DNA of 64,000 nucleotides, taken from contig NC_043004.1 of assembly GCF_006345805.1 (NCBI RefSeq), positions 91,388,001-91,452,000 of the forward strand, read 5' to 3'. Under the pieces are notes generated by a model, which ran no database searches, was not told the DNA's origin, and was given only the letters and a program-made list of their open reading frames with translations. A program made the translations under genes and the position numbers. Numbering within the stretch: the first letter of the stretch is position 1; every line of letters starts with the position of its first letter. This stretch comes from Octopus sinensis (Eukaryota). Below, piece after piece: positions 23,776 through 36,040 of this stretch.

Positions 23776-23945
23776 CAAAATGCCAAGTGGTATTTTTTAT
23801 GTCTCTTTACATTCTGAGTTCAAATCCTGCTGAGGTCAACTCTTTTTTAATCCCTTCAAGGTCAATAAAATAAATTAGCGCAGTTGGTGTAATTAACTAA
23901 CCCAACCCTCACTTCAATATTGCTGTCCTCATACTTAATTTAGAA
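23535..23945 (+). mobile_element. Two SINE A2 copies separated by (ATT)n
   Basis: ggcagtgaactggcagagtcattagc...aggccttgtgcctatagtagaaagg-(att)n. Confidence 0.75.
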
Positions 23946-24684
23946 ACAATAATTACTATTCATTTATTTATTTATTTATCTATTTTTGTTTGTTATTCTA
24001 TTACATGGCAAAATATGTTGGTGTACCCAACAGAAAATATAGGGCAATAGTAATGTAGACCATTCAACGTTTTCAATACCTGCACTGTCTTATGAATTTT
24101 TCTTCATGCACTCACACACAGGTAAGTAAATTAGCAAACACACACAGGTAAGTAAATTAGCAAACACACACACACACACATAGAAAACATTTCAAAGATA
24201 CTCTCATTAAAATATCACATTTTATGGCTTAACCTACTACCACCACCACTGCTGTTATCATCCCCACCACCACCACCACCGCTGTTACCACCACCACCAC
24301 CACACCACCACTTCAATTGTGTGGTGTATTGCTTTAAAGTGTGTAGTAGCTGTTGTGTGAATTCATTGTAGATAGTGTTGTTGTTGTTGTTGTGTACTCC
24401 TACTGCAAATCGATAGAAGATGATGATGAGGAGGAGGAGGAGGATGATGGTGATGATGATGATTTTTAAATCTTACTGCTAGAGATGACAGTCTTTCATT
24501 TATTTCAGAGAGAATAACACAAGTTCTACCAATATTCCAAACATGTACTTTATCATTCAACTAATTGCATGTTGTGCACTTTACCAGCACATTCATGTTA
24601 ATGTGCTGATATAAAATATCCTCCTCCTTTGTGAGCCAAAGTCAATGGGAGCAGTACAAAAGGCAGAGATCTCCACAACATCAA

Positions 24685-25177
24685 TAACACTTTAGCAATT
24701 CAAACAGCAGTATGCCATCCTTATATTCAACTTTACTTTAAGATCAAACTGGTCAGATCTGGCCTCTTACACCCTCAACCAACACTTCAACGCCAAACAC
24801 AAAGGCTGCGTTGTCAGAGCTAAAGCATGTTCAGTAAGTGGGAAGGGGACTAAGGCCACTTGATGGGTCTGCATGGTGGAGGCAAAGTGTGGAAACAGGG
24901 TAACCATTTGGTCTTTGGTGGACCAGAATGGGCGCGAGGTTTCCGAACTGAAGCAGATGTGTGCAGCCTTTCAGCAGCACTTTGCTTGACTGTCCGGGAT
25001 GAGCGGTGGGATGGACAATGGTACAGACTTCAGTGAGTACCTGGACAGTACAATGACATTATAAAAACGAGCAATCACATCACCAAAATCTTAAAGCTAT
25101 GAGATAATGCATATTTAATTCAAAATGATGTGAATGAATAAGCATTATATTTGACAGAGTAATCTGCTAAAGGGTAA
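24685..25177. mobile_element. TTAA-type (piggyBac-like) MITE interrupted by a ~275-bp copy of the neighbouring Tx1 sequence
   Basis: MITE halves match the reverse complement of 41951-42178; the insert 24772-25046 matches 23175-23440. Confidence 0.75.
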
Positions 25178-25569
25178 ATATTCAGGAATCTATTCAGATA
25201 TTATCATCCACCTATTTTCAAGGTTACACTACCAGAGTGAAAGTATGTAGCCTAGTGGTTAGTGTGTCAGGCTCACAATCATTAGATCATAGGTTTGAGT
25301 CTCACACAGAGCAGAGCATTGGGTTCTTAAGTTCATTCCATGTCACTTCAGTATATTCAGATGAGAATTAGTACAAGTGATGAACCACACGGGATTGTGT
25401 GATGCTGAGCTCCCATGATAATCTCCAAGTGCTACTCATTGGACTTGCCTATTTGGCTTGGAGCACAGTTTCAGAATCCACAGTTTTAGACCTACCTGAC
25501 TTTGCTTAATAATTGAGGTTCTTGCAACCTGAGTGAAATTTATTGAACTATTACTTACTATACCATCGT

Positions 25570-25935
25570 ACAAACAATAACTCTGAGCACCTTTTCGAAC
25601 TCCACCCATCTAACACCCGTGGACATATTTACAAAGTCAGAAAACAGCACAGCTCCCATGACTTCAGGAAACATTTTTTCACGCTGAGAGTTGCTGAAGC
25701 ATGGAACAAACTGCCGGCATCAGTTGTTAGTTGTCGGAGCACTGCATCCTTCAAAACTTCCATGCTTTCTGAGATTCGCCAACACTACACCTGATTTTCT
25801 CCCCTCCATACACACACAAGAATGTATCTGACTCATAGATTGTTCACTTTCCAGACATTTCTACATTACTGCATGTACTTTATATGCACTTTCTGACAAG
25901 TTGTGGTGCACCTGAGCACTGTATACAATAATTTC
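25570..25935 (+). mobile_element. CR1/L2-like LINE 3' end
   Basis: NTRGHIYKVRKQHSSHDFRKHFFTLRVAEAWNKLPASVVSCRSTASFKT (TRGH...FF..RV...WN.LP..VV); related copy at 46240. Confidence 0.85.
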
Positions 25936-26213
25936 ATTATTTATTTATTTTCATACCATGATCAACTGTTCCTCCATCTTTGGCTCAACAAAAATATTTG
26001 GTTGCTTTTATGGCTTTACAGTCCAGTTTGAACTCATAAAGCAAAAGTTCCCAAATTAGACTATGCTGTACATTCATCTTATATAACTTTCAATCACATA
26101 CAAAGTGAAGCAATGCACAATGCACTAGTGCACCAACTATAACAATATTACCATCCTCAGAAAGTCCCTTCCACAGCTTGAACTGCCTCAGGCACATGAT
26201 ATATATGCTGCAA

Positions 26214-26444
26214 GGCGGCGAGCTGGCAGAAACGTTAGTATGCTGGGCGAAATACTTAGTGGTATTTCATCTGCTGCGACACTCTGAGTTCAAATTCCGC
26301 AGAGGTCGACTTTGCCTTTCATCCTTTCGGGGTCGATTAAATAAGTACCAGTTACGCACTGGGGTCGATATAATCGACTTAATCCGTTTGTCTGTCCTTG
26401 TTTGTCCTCTCTGTGTTTAGCCCCTTGTGGGTAGTAAAGAAATA
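26214..26444 (+). mobile_element. SINE family A1 with a 16-bp TSD
   Basis: gatatatatgctgcaa (26198-26213) / gatatacatgctgcaa (26445-26460). Confidence 0.92.
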
Positions 26445-26844
26445 GATATACATGCTGCAAATTAGCACAAATGCATATATTGCAAGACTTTTGATTCACC
26501 TTTGTATATAGAAAGTACTCTGTGTATACCTATGGGGATATTTATCTAACTATGTACCAGTCTGCTAATATACCTATCTGTGTATCAACCTATTTCACCT
26601 TTCTCTGTACCCACCTTGTTGTCTAACTTACCTATTTGTGTACTGGTCAGGCTGTACATCTATATACCTACCTACTAACCTACCTGTGTACCTATCTATC
26701 TACTTACCTATCTGTGTAGGGGTAAGATTTTTAGCTCTTTTAATGACTGAATGATATAGGGAAAGGAGATAAGCATGGGTGTTACGGATTCTTGTGGTGT
26801 GGAATGGGATTAGCTGAGATTACTATAGACATAGATACATAGAT

Positions 26845-26852
26845 AGTGAAAC

Positions 26853-26915
<63 letters not shown>

Positions 26916-27103
26916 AGATGGAGATAAATAAATGAATAAATTGGTGGATATAATTACAGACAGACAGATAAATAAAGAGAGAGAGAGTAGGTGAAAGAGG
27001 AAGAGAGAAAGGCAGACAAATAGATTTAGATAGAGAGATAGAGTAAAGGAGTCAGAGAAAAAGAGTGAGAGAGATAGATTGATAGATAGATAAATAGATA
27101 GAT

Positions 27104-27191
<88 letters not shown>

Positions 27192-27420
27192 TGATAGATA
27201 GATAGATAGTGAAACAGAAAGATTGGGAGAGAAGTAGAAAGAGAGAGAGAGAGACAGGGAGAGAGAGAGAGAGGAAGAGACAGAGAGAGAAAGAAAGAGA
27301 AAGGGAAACAGACATAGATAACGAGAAAGATTGATAGAGGGATAAATAGACAGATGGAGAGAGAGGAAGACAGAGAAGGAGAGTGAGTGAGTGAGAGAGA
27401 AAGAATGAAAGAGAATGGAA
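26845..27420. repeat. Compound (GA)n/(GATA)n microsatellite
   Basis: Direct inspection. Confidence 0.95.
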
Positions 27421-27919
27421 TGGACAGACAACTAATCTTAGATATATTGATACATACATATAAATAAAGATGGAGAGATAACAGAAAGATAAACAGATAG
27501 AGAGACAAAGAGAGTCAAACACATCATTAGAAGAGCTAGTGACCTTGTCTTATAGTTAATAAGCACAGCAGAAGCAGGATTTTATCCCAATACTAGATTG
27601 TGGCCATGCTGGAGCACCACCTTTAATCGAGCAACCCGATTTAACCAAATCATAAAATCACAAAAAAAACCCACCATCACCACTACCACTACCACCACAA
27701 ACTTGATGACCACCACCACCACCACCACTACCAACACCTAAACTACTACTACTAGCACCCCCCCACCTTCATCATTACAACCTCCACCACAACTGCTGCC
27801 ACCAACCACTTACATCACAACTGCATAAACTATTACGACCACAGACACCAGTCTCCAACCAACCCTACTTACTAACTCCCAACCTTGTAACTACAACCAA
27901 TACACCACAACTACTACTG

Positions 27920-27955
<36 letters not shown>

Positions 27956-28047
27956 TCAAACAATAAATATTTATTGTTAATGTTGCCAACACCATAAATA
28001 ATATAGACCACCTACTGACTGAACAACTAGTGGAGTGAGGCTGGAAC

Positions 28048-28125
<78 letters not shown>

Positions 28126-28585
28126 TTTATGTTTGTATGTATGTGTGTGTTATATATGTGTATGAAGGTACTTGTCATGTACTTGTGTGTGTGTGTGTGT
28201 GCACGTGTGCATGTGTGTGTGTGTGCATACATATGCATGTATGCATGCATGCATGCTTATATGTATGTATGAATATAGATGTGTATGCGTGTGAGAAAGA
28301 TCAGATTTCCCTATTGATCTAAGCACCATTAACTATGATACAAGTGATCAGTGAAGGTCATATTTTTTTTTTATTTATGTCCAATTTTGTATTTTGTTTT
28401 TATTTGATTTTATTGATTTATCATATAGATTTATTTATCATACTGTTTGAAATTTTCACTTATGTTCCTCTCACCCCACTAAAAGGCTAACCATATACTA
28501 TACTATAGATGGACCCTGCTCCCATTATGCTAACAACTATTTCTCAGTGTATTCAAATTAAGGAAGATGTATATACATGCTTGTA

Positions 28586-28651
<66 letters not shown>

Positions 28652-28714
28652 AGAGTAAGCACATAAATGTGGAAAAAACAGTACTCAAATACTGGAGGTA
28701 GAGTAATACACACA

Positions 28715-28730
28715 CACACAGAGTATTATT

Positions 28731-28761
<31 letters not shown>

Positions 28762-28843
28762 TTATTATTATCATTATTATTATTATTATTATTATTATTG
28801 AGTGAGAGAGCAGTTCATGCCATCAAAGTGACACTGGGGTAAA

Positions 28844-28878
<35 letters not shown>

Positions 28879-29088
28879 GGTGGTGACCGGGGAAAATCAT
28901 TAGCATGCTGGGTGAAATACTCAGTGATATTTCACCCAACTTTATGTTCTGAGTTCAAACTCTGCTGAGGTCAATTTTGCTTTTCATCCTTTCAGGGTCA
29001 ATAAATTAAGTACCAGTGAAATTGGGGTTGATGTAATCAACTAGTCCCTTCCCCCAAAATTTCAAGCCTTGTGCCTTTAGTAGAAAGG

Positions 29089-29122
<34 letters not shown>

Positions 29123-29390
29123 TATTATTATTATTATTATTATTATATTATTATTATTATTATTATTGCTGATGAGCTGGCAGAATCGTTAACATGCTGG
29201 GCAAAATGTTAAGTGCCATTTTATTGTTTGGCTGTACATCCTGAGTTCAAATTCTGCCGAAATCGACTTTACCTTTCATCCTTTGGGGTCGATAAAGTAA
29301 GTACCAGTTCTGCACTGGGACCGTTGTAATCAACTAGCCCCCTTCCCTCAATTTCAGGCCTTCTGCCTTTAGTACAAAGGGTTGTTGTTG

Positions 29391-29457
<67 letters not shown>

Positions 29458-29680
29458 GGTGGTGAGTTGGCAGAATCATTAGCATGCAGGGCAAAATGCT
29501 TATTGGTATTTCGTCCATCTTTACATTTTGAGTTCAAATTCTGCCAATGTTTACTTTGCTTTCCCTCCTTTCAGGGTCGATAAAATACGTACCAGTTGAA
29601 TGCTGGGATTGTTGTACTTGACTTAGACCTTTCCTTAAAATTTCAGGCTTTGTGCCAAAAATAGAAAGGATCATTATTAT
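28715..29680 (+). mobile_element. Array of three head-to-tail SINE A2 copies (28877, 29170, 29458) plus a family D stub, separated by (ATT)n
   Basis: Each copy runs head-core-aggccttgtgcc...agaaagg and is embedded in (ATT)n. Confidence 0.8.
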
Positions 29681-29811
29681 TATTTTGTGGTAAGTCTTCA
29701 ACAAGTAGAATAGCATTTGATCAACTAAGACAGTAAAGGTATTATAATGAAAACCACAGAAAAGCCTTGTAAAATACAACAACCCAGAATTTCATGATTT
29801 AAAAACATTAA

Positions 29812-29936
29812 TTTAAGAAACACACAAAAGCCGTTCGATTCACTTCAACATTTAAGTTTAATTTGTCAAAATATTTTCGTCGCTTTAAGACCGTGACCTG
29901 TTCAGTGAATCGAACGGCTTTTGTGTGTTTCTTAAA
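29812..29936. repeat. Perfect 33-bp inverted repeat enclosing a hammerhead-like fold on the minus strand
   Basis: Arms 29812-29844 and 29904-29936; minus strand tca-CTGAACA-G-GTCAC-ggtcttaaa-GCGAC-GAAA-ATAT-TT-TGACAA. Confidence 0.7.
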
Positions 29937-30512
29937 CACCTTCCATGCTGCATTTATTTTCGTTTCAGCACACGATCTCAGATCAAATCACTTGCTATGC
30001 AAGTACATCTCTGTAAACATTAATTTATTTTACCATTTTGCCAAATTAAATAGAAAATCCTTTCCCAAAACCAAACAATATATTAATGGGCCAAAAAGAT
30101 GTTCAATATGTTCTCTTGGAAAACTATGTCTCTTCCAGAACTTGAGAGTCTCTAACAACTATGTAAATTCCAGGAATTAGGCTTTTTTCTATATGTCTGC
30201 ATTTTAAGTAATACATCTTGGCAGAATTTAAAAATGGGCTACTGAATGCATCATAAACCATTAATATCTTGTTTACATCTTTTTTAACATTTGTTGATCA
30301 TAACATTGGTAATCCCCACTGTTTTTTATTTTTTTCTGTCATACTCCTTATGAGCATTTGCTGTTCAAATATCATCTGTTCTGAAAAAGTAACTGACAAA
30401 CAGTTTTGTTCTCAGCTTGAAAAATGGCAAAATAAATTGGGTAACTGGATTTCATGAGACTTGTGGTTTTCATTATAACATTAAATATATATATACATAC
30501 ATATATATACAT

Positions 30513-30679
30513 AGGCACAGGAGTGGCTGTGTGGTAAGTAGCTTGATTACCAACCACATGGTTCCAGGTTCAGTCCCACTGCGTGGCACCTTGGGCAAGT
30601 GTCTTCTACTATAGCCTCGGGCCGACCAAAGCCTTGTGAGTGGATTTGGTAGACAGAAACTGAAAAGAAGCCCATCGTA

Positions 30680-30718
<39 letters not shown>

Positions 30719-30859
30719 GTGTGTTTGTGCTGGTGTGTTTATGTCCCCATTACTTCGCGGTTCGGCAAAAGAGACAAAAAGAATAAGTCCCGGGGTCGAG
30801 TTGCTCGATTAAAGGCGGTGCTCCAGCATGGCCGCAGTCAAATGACTGAAACAAGTAAA
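30513..30859 (+). mobile_element. SINE family B with an internal deletion
   Basis: Head and tail are intact. Confidence 0.88.
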
Positions 30860-31807
30860 CATATACATATACACACACACACATATATATATATAAAGTC
30901 CTTCCAAACCAACTGGCATATAAAGTGTCTTTATAGTGCCTTAGAACTACCTATGAGAAACCGAGAAAATGTCTGCTCCCATCCTAAAATGTCATGCTCC
31001 TTCCTTGACCTGCAACCGTAACTGCCCTGTACAGCTAACTTTGACTTTAGAAATTGCATAAACATTCACAGATGTTGACTGAGAGACTCCTATTATATAT
31101 ATGTGTGTGTGTGTGTTTGTGTTTACATATACGTATATATGTATATATATTTATGTATGTATGTATGTATGTATGTATTAAAACAAAAAATTAAATTCTA
31201 GTCACAGAGTTACCAAAAGTTTTGTATCCATGAAAGCTACAGTCTTGTGGACAGCTCATCAGACACTATACAAAGACAAAAAAATTTAACTTTCTACCAC
31301 ATGGAGACACTCAGGTATCAAGATTTAATGGCTAACGTATAGAAACCTTAATGAGGATGGGTAATTTCCTCTGAACCAGGGGATGAGAAACCCTTACAGA
31401 ACCAAAATAACCTAACCAGCAAATAGGGAGATCCAATTTTCCAGTAGGTAGCACTTGAAATGGACACATGCCAGGTTTAGCATAGTCCTTTATAATTTTG
31501 GTTCTATCTGAGATGCAGATTTTACAACAGCCACCTCCATTAATATATGGGCTTGAATGTTCTATTATTTTCTACCTGATATCACACAGGGTCCATTGAT
31601 CTTTGAGGTGCTACACATGGCTGATCAGGGATGTGACAAAATGTCTTTCTGGGACTCTGAAGAATGACTGTAAGCATTATTATTATTATTATTAAGATTA
31701 AAATAAAAGTTATCCCCTCCAAAAAGTCATCCCTACTCATTCTTTCAAAGATAAATAATACTGTACCAAAAACTTTCTCTTTATTTTTCTACTATATATA
31801 TATATGT

Positions 31808-32012
31808 GACCTCGTGTGTACCGTTGGTGATTTTTTTCCTCTGTCTTCCCTTCTCTGGATCTTTCCTTCTCCTATGTTTCCAACGAAGAGCTCTGCTCGA
31901 AACGTTAAACCCTCCTCCTTTCCTTCTTTCCTGAGCGTCCAATAATACTATATTTGTTCCACGTCTTTGCGTTGTTGTCTTTTTTTGTGCTTTCTTGTTT
32001 GGATTAACTTTT
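31808..32012 (+). mobile_element. Family H2 element with an HHR-like motif at 31876-31910
   Basis: GTTT-CCAACGA-A-GAGC-tct-GCTC-GAAA-CG-TT-AAAC. Confidence 0.75.
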
Positions 32013-32025
32013 AAGTATAGAGTAC

Positions 32026-32064
<39 letters not shown>

Positions 32065-32069
32065 TATAC

Positions 32070-32111
<42 letters not shown>

Positions 32112-32165
32112 AACCCATGCTAGCATGGGAAACGGACGCTAAACGATGATGATGATGATGATATG

Positions 32166-32196
<31 letters not shown>

Positions 32197-33250
32197 TATA
32201 TCTGTAAACGTAATATGTGACAATTATTCGGTAGCCATGATAAAACTCCGAGTTTTGGATGCCGAGGTGGAAATCCATGCTGCTATTTCTTCAGTTATCC
32301 GGCCATCGGAAAAATACTATGAAAAATGACCATTATACAAAGGGAAATTACTGTGTGATTGACCGTTATTTAGACAAAAAGAACTATTTGAATGACCGCT
32401 AAGTGAGGGGAGGGAGTAAAAGTAAGGGGGTAAAAAAGTTCATAGTATTCATATAAACGCGCATAAATATATATATATATATATATATACACATACACAC
32501 ACATACAAATACATTATATTTATGTATATATGGACACACAAGGCTGGCTAAAGGTACAAAATATTTTGGCAGTTGCTGGGACATGTCTTTTGTTTGTGAT
32601 TTTTAGGATAAAAAGTATAAAAGTTGAGGAGAATGAAACTAAATAAATATTCCTATATTTAGTAAACTGTAGCATATGCATTTTTATTACATTTATAGAT
32701 TCTAGTCCCAGTGAAAATTTATAAAAATAAAATAAGAAAAAGAACTTGCAATGTTGCATGTCCAGAGACCAGCAGAAGTACAGCTGACCTTCTTTGTAAA
32801 TGTACATGTGCGTGAATACATCCACCCTTCCATCAATCTATATATATATATATATATATGTATGTATATATATGAGAAAGGTTTAGTTCAATTAGAACAA
32901 TTTTACTTTGGGGTGGAGGTCCATACAACTTTTACAACTTTTCTGGTGTTTCCTTCATTTTTTGCACTGACAAGAATGGCAATATATAATTAAATTAATT
33001 ATGATTAATTTAATCTCTTCCATGTTTCTTACATGTTGGTGATACCATTTGAAACAATCGTATGCATGGATTAAAATGTTATCAAACTTTTAACATCTCT
33101 TCTCCATCTTTAATTGTTTTGTTGAGTTTATATAGGACTGTGTTCTATAAATCCTCATAATACACCTTATCCTATATATCAGGGAGTAAATCCAAACTTA
33201 CAGGGAAAAATTAGATTTAGGATTAAATCTAATTTTACAGTATAAATATT

Positions 33251-33430
33251 TATATATTAAATTAGAGATAAAACCACTATTAGGCAAATCAATGAAAAAC
33301 ATAAACCAAAACATAGAAATAAAATTAATTAATATAATATTATATTAATTAATTTTATTTCTATGTTTTGGTTTATGTTTTTCATTGTTTGATTTGCCTA
33401 ACAGTGGTTTTATCTCTAATTTAATATATA
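33251..33430. repeat. AT-rich zero-spacer palindrome, ~88-bp arms
   Basis: Centre between 33338 and 33339; 49 bp perfect, a short bulge, then ~40 bp with one mismatch; flanked by (TA)n. Confidence 0.92.
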
Positions 33431-33563
33431 TATATATATACACACACACATAGACATGTATTTACACACACACACACACACATATACCTGTGTTTATACA
33501 TACATTTATATATATACCTATATTTATATATATACATTATCCGAAATGTAAAGTATTATATAT

Positions 33564-33775
33564 CCTTCATGGCTGATCTTACCAACTGGTTTCGTGCAAG
33601 GAATGTAATGGAGTGTAAACCAGTTGTGTGAATCCACCTCCAACAATAAAGAGCAATCACCATATTCCCTTCCATATTGGCAAACTGATGAGTATAAGAT
33701 TAAATAATTGGATTGCTACCTAACACTTCGTTATATTCCTTGTGTGAAACCAAGTGGTAAGATCAGCTGTGATGG
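33564..33775. mobile_element. Fold-back element with a degenerate long-stem-II hammerhead
   Basis: Arms 33564-33615 and 33724-33775; + strand CTGATGA(33685-91)-gtataag...cttgtgt-GAAAC-caagtg-GTA-agatcagc; minus strand cttgcac-GAAAC-cagttg-GTA-agatcagc. The stem I 5' strand does not match. Confidence 0.5.
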
Positions 33776-33876
33776 ACATATAATACTTAACATTTTGGAT
33801 AATATAGCCACTCTATTGATAGATGTATGAATGCATCTTTTCCCTGACGTATGGTCTCTTAGATGACTTAGACATG

Positions 33877-33907
<31 letters not shown>

Positions 33908-33915
33908 TATATATA

Positions 33916-34113
33916 CTTTATTTAAAAGCAGCAGAAATTCAACAAAATCTATTACTCGGAGTTTCCCATTCCCGTTTGTCGGACGGAGAACATGAAACTC
34001 CGAGTAACAGTTTTGTTGAATTTCTGCTGCTTTTAAATAAAGCATATTATTCTACCCCTGGTATTTGAGTACTCTTTTTTCCACCTTGTTTCACATTTAT
34101 GTGTTTACTCCGG
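33916..34113. mobile_element. Family H1 fold-back element, centre deleted
   Basis: Arms ~33916-33966 and ~33994-34042, then the H1 tail; (TA)n flanks. Confidence 0.8.
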
Positions 34114-35127
34114 TATATATATATATATATATAATATATATATATATATATGCATATACATATATATATATATATATATATACATATATATAATTATATA
34201 TGGTACTGAATGGTATGGCACTCACATTAGTGGCAAGCCGTAGACAGGGGTAGTACCTTGTTAGCAATCCCTTACATTCCTGTGGAAGGAATGTGGTGAA
34301 GATGTTGGCAACAGAACGTTGGATACCAATCTCTTGGACCATGCTTGTTATACTCTTGTACACCACTTGGTACCTGGCATGGAGGTCCAGAGAGGCAGTC
34401 TGGTGGAGGAATGACACCAACTGCCTTACTACCTGCCAAAGGTGTTATGTTCAGAGATGTGGGTACAGTAGATCTCATTGCCACAGCAGATTAAGAGCAG
34501 GTCTTGTACCTCTCCTGTTGGAGAAGCTTTCTGAACAGAACAGTCAACACTGACTCATATTGGACCACTGATGATATATATATATATATATATACAAGAA
34601 GGAAAGACTATATTGGTAATTCAAACGGTTAAGCATTGAGAAACAGTATCCTGCCGATTCAGCTTAAGAATTATTTTAGGAGTACAAATAGCTGTGGAAA
34701 ACTCACCAACTCATCAATGAGGAAGCTGTTTAATCAATTGAAAAGAACAGGAAGATTCATTGTTGAAACCAATACAGGATCTGCTGTCTCACACACACAC
34801 ACACCACACGCAAATACATACACTCACACACACACACATACGTGGATATATATTTTATTATTCTGATTCTCTGATTCATATTTTAAAGAAAAGCTATGGA
34901 TGACTACTTCAAATAAGTTACCAGACGCCACAAACATATATACAGCTCTGTATATATATGTGTGTGAACATGTATAGCTAGATAATAGATACCACATGCA
35001 TACAAATATCTATTAATATATATAACAAATTGATAAATAGATATACACATATATATATATACATGTATATATATATATACATGTATATATATATATACAC
35101 ATGTACATATATATATATATATATATA

Positions 35128-35480
35128 GGGTTAAAAATTTCTTGCAGCATATCTGTTTATTTCAGTATTCTTCCGAATTTTTATGTAAATGTTATATTTG
35201 TGTGAAGTGTGTGCATAGGAGTTCGAAAATGTTGGAAAATATTTTCTACAGAGCAATAATATCAAAACAAGAGATTGAAAAATTTTGTGATGAAAAATTT
35301 ATTCCCCATTACATGTGTTCCATTTACTAATAGGAGTTACAAAATTGTACATGTAGTGGAAAACAAGTAAGATGTCTGTCAAAATTTTTCAATCTCTTGT
35401 TTTGCTATTATTGCTCTGCAGAAAATATTTCCCAGCATTTTCAACTCCTATGCACATACTTCACACAAATTATTTTTCAA
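35128..35480. mobile_element. Fold-back MITE-like element
   Basis: Arms 35196-35287 and 35380-35470, roughly 90% complementary; the spacer also partly self-pairs. Confidence 0.8.
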
Positions 35481-36040
35481 TTACACCCCCCCCCCCCACA
35501 CACAATGTTTGATTTCATATTTTGGTACAAAGCCAGCAACTTCAGGGGAGCAGGTAAGCTGATTTCAATGACCCCAGTGCTCAACTGGTGCTTATTTTAT
35601 TGACTCCAAATGGATGAAAGGTAAATTCGACATTGGTGGAATTTAAACTCAGAATGTAAAAACAGATGAAATGCTGTGAAGCATTTTACCCGACATGCCA
35701 CCGTGCTACCTTCATGGTGATGATGATGATGATGATGACGATGATGATAATGGTGATAGTTTCAAAGTTTTGCCCAAGGCCAGCAGTTTCAGCGGTAGGG
35801 AGTAAGTTGATGTAGTCAACCCCAGTGCTCAACTGGTACTTATTTTATCAACCCCAAAAGGATGAAAGTCAAAGTCAATCCTGGCAGCATTTGAACTCAG
35901 AACATAATGACGAATGAAATGCCACAATGTATTTTGCTTGATGTTCTAACAATTCCACCAGCCTGCTTCCTTGATGATGACGACGATGATGATGATGATG
36001 ATGATGATGATAATAACTATAATAATAATAATTATAAAAT

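Noticed and set aside
28715-29680. Repeat-spacer-like periodicity here and at 54229-54900 as a CRISPR-like array
   Set aside because: Eukaryotic context; the units are 200-bp SINEs or diverged minisatellite units, with no unique spacers or cas genes.
31231-31262. GAAA...TCATCAG around a small stem
   Set aside because: The two core halves are on opposite strands, so it is not a hammerhead.
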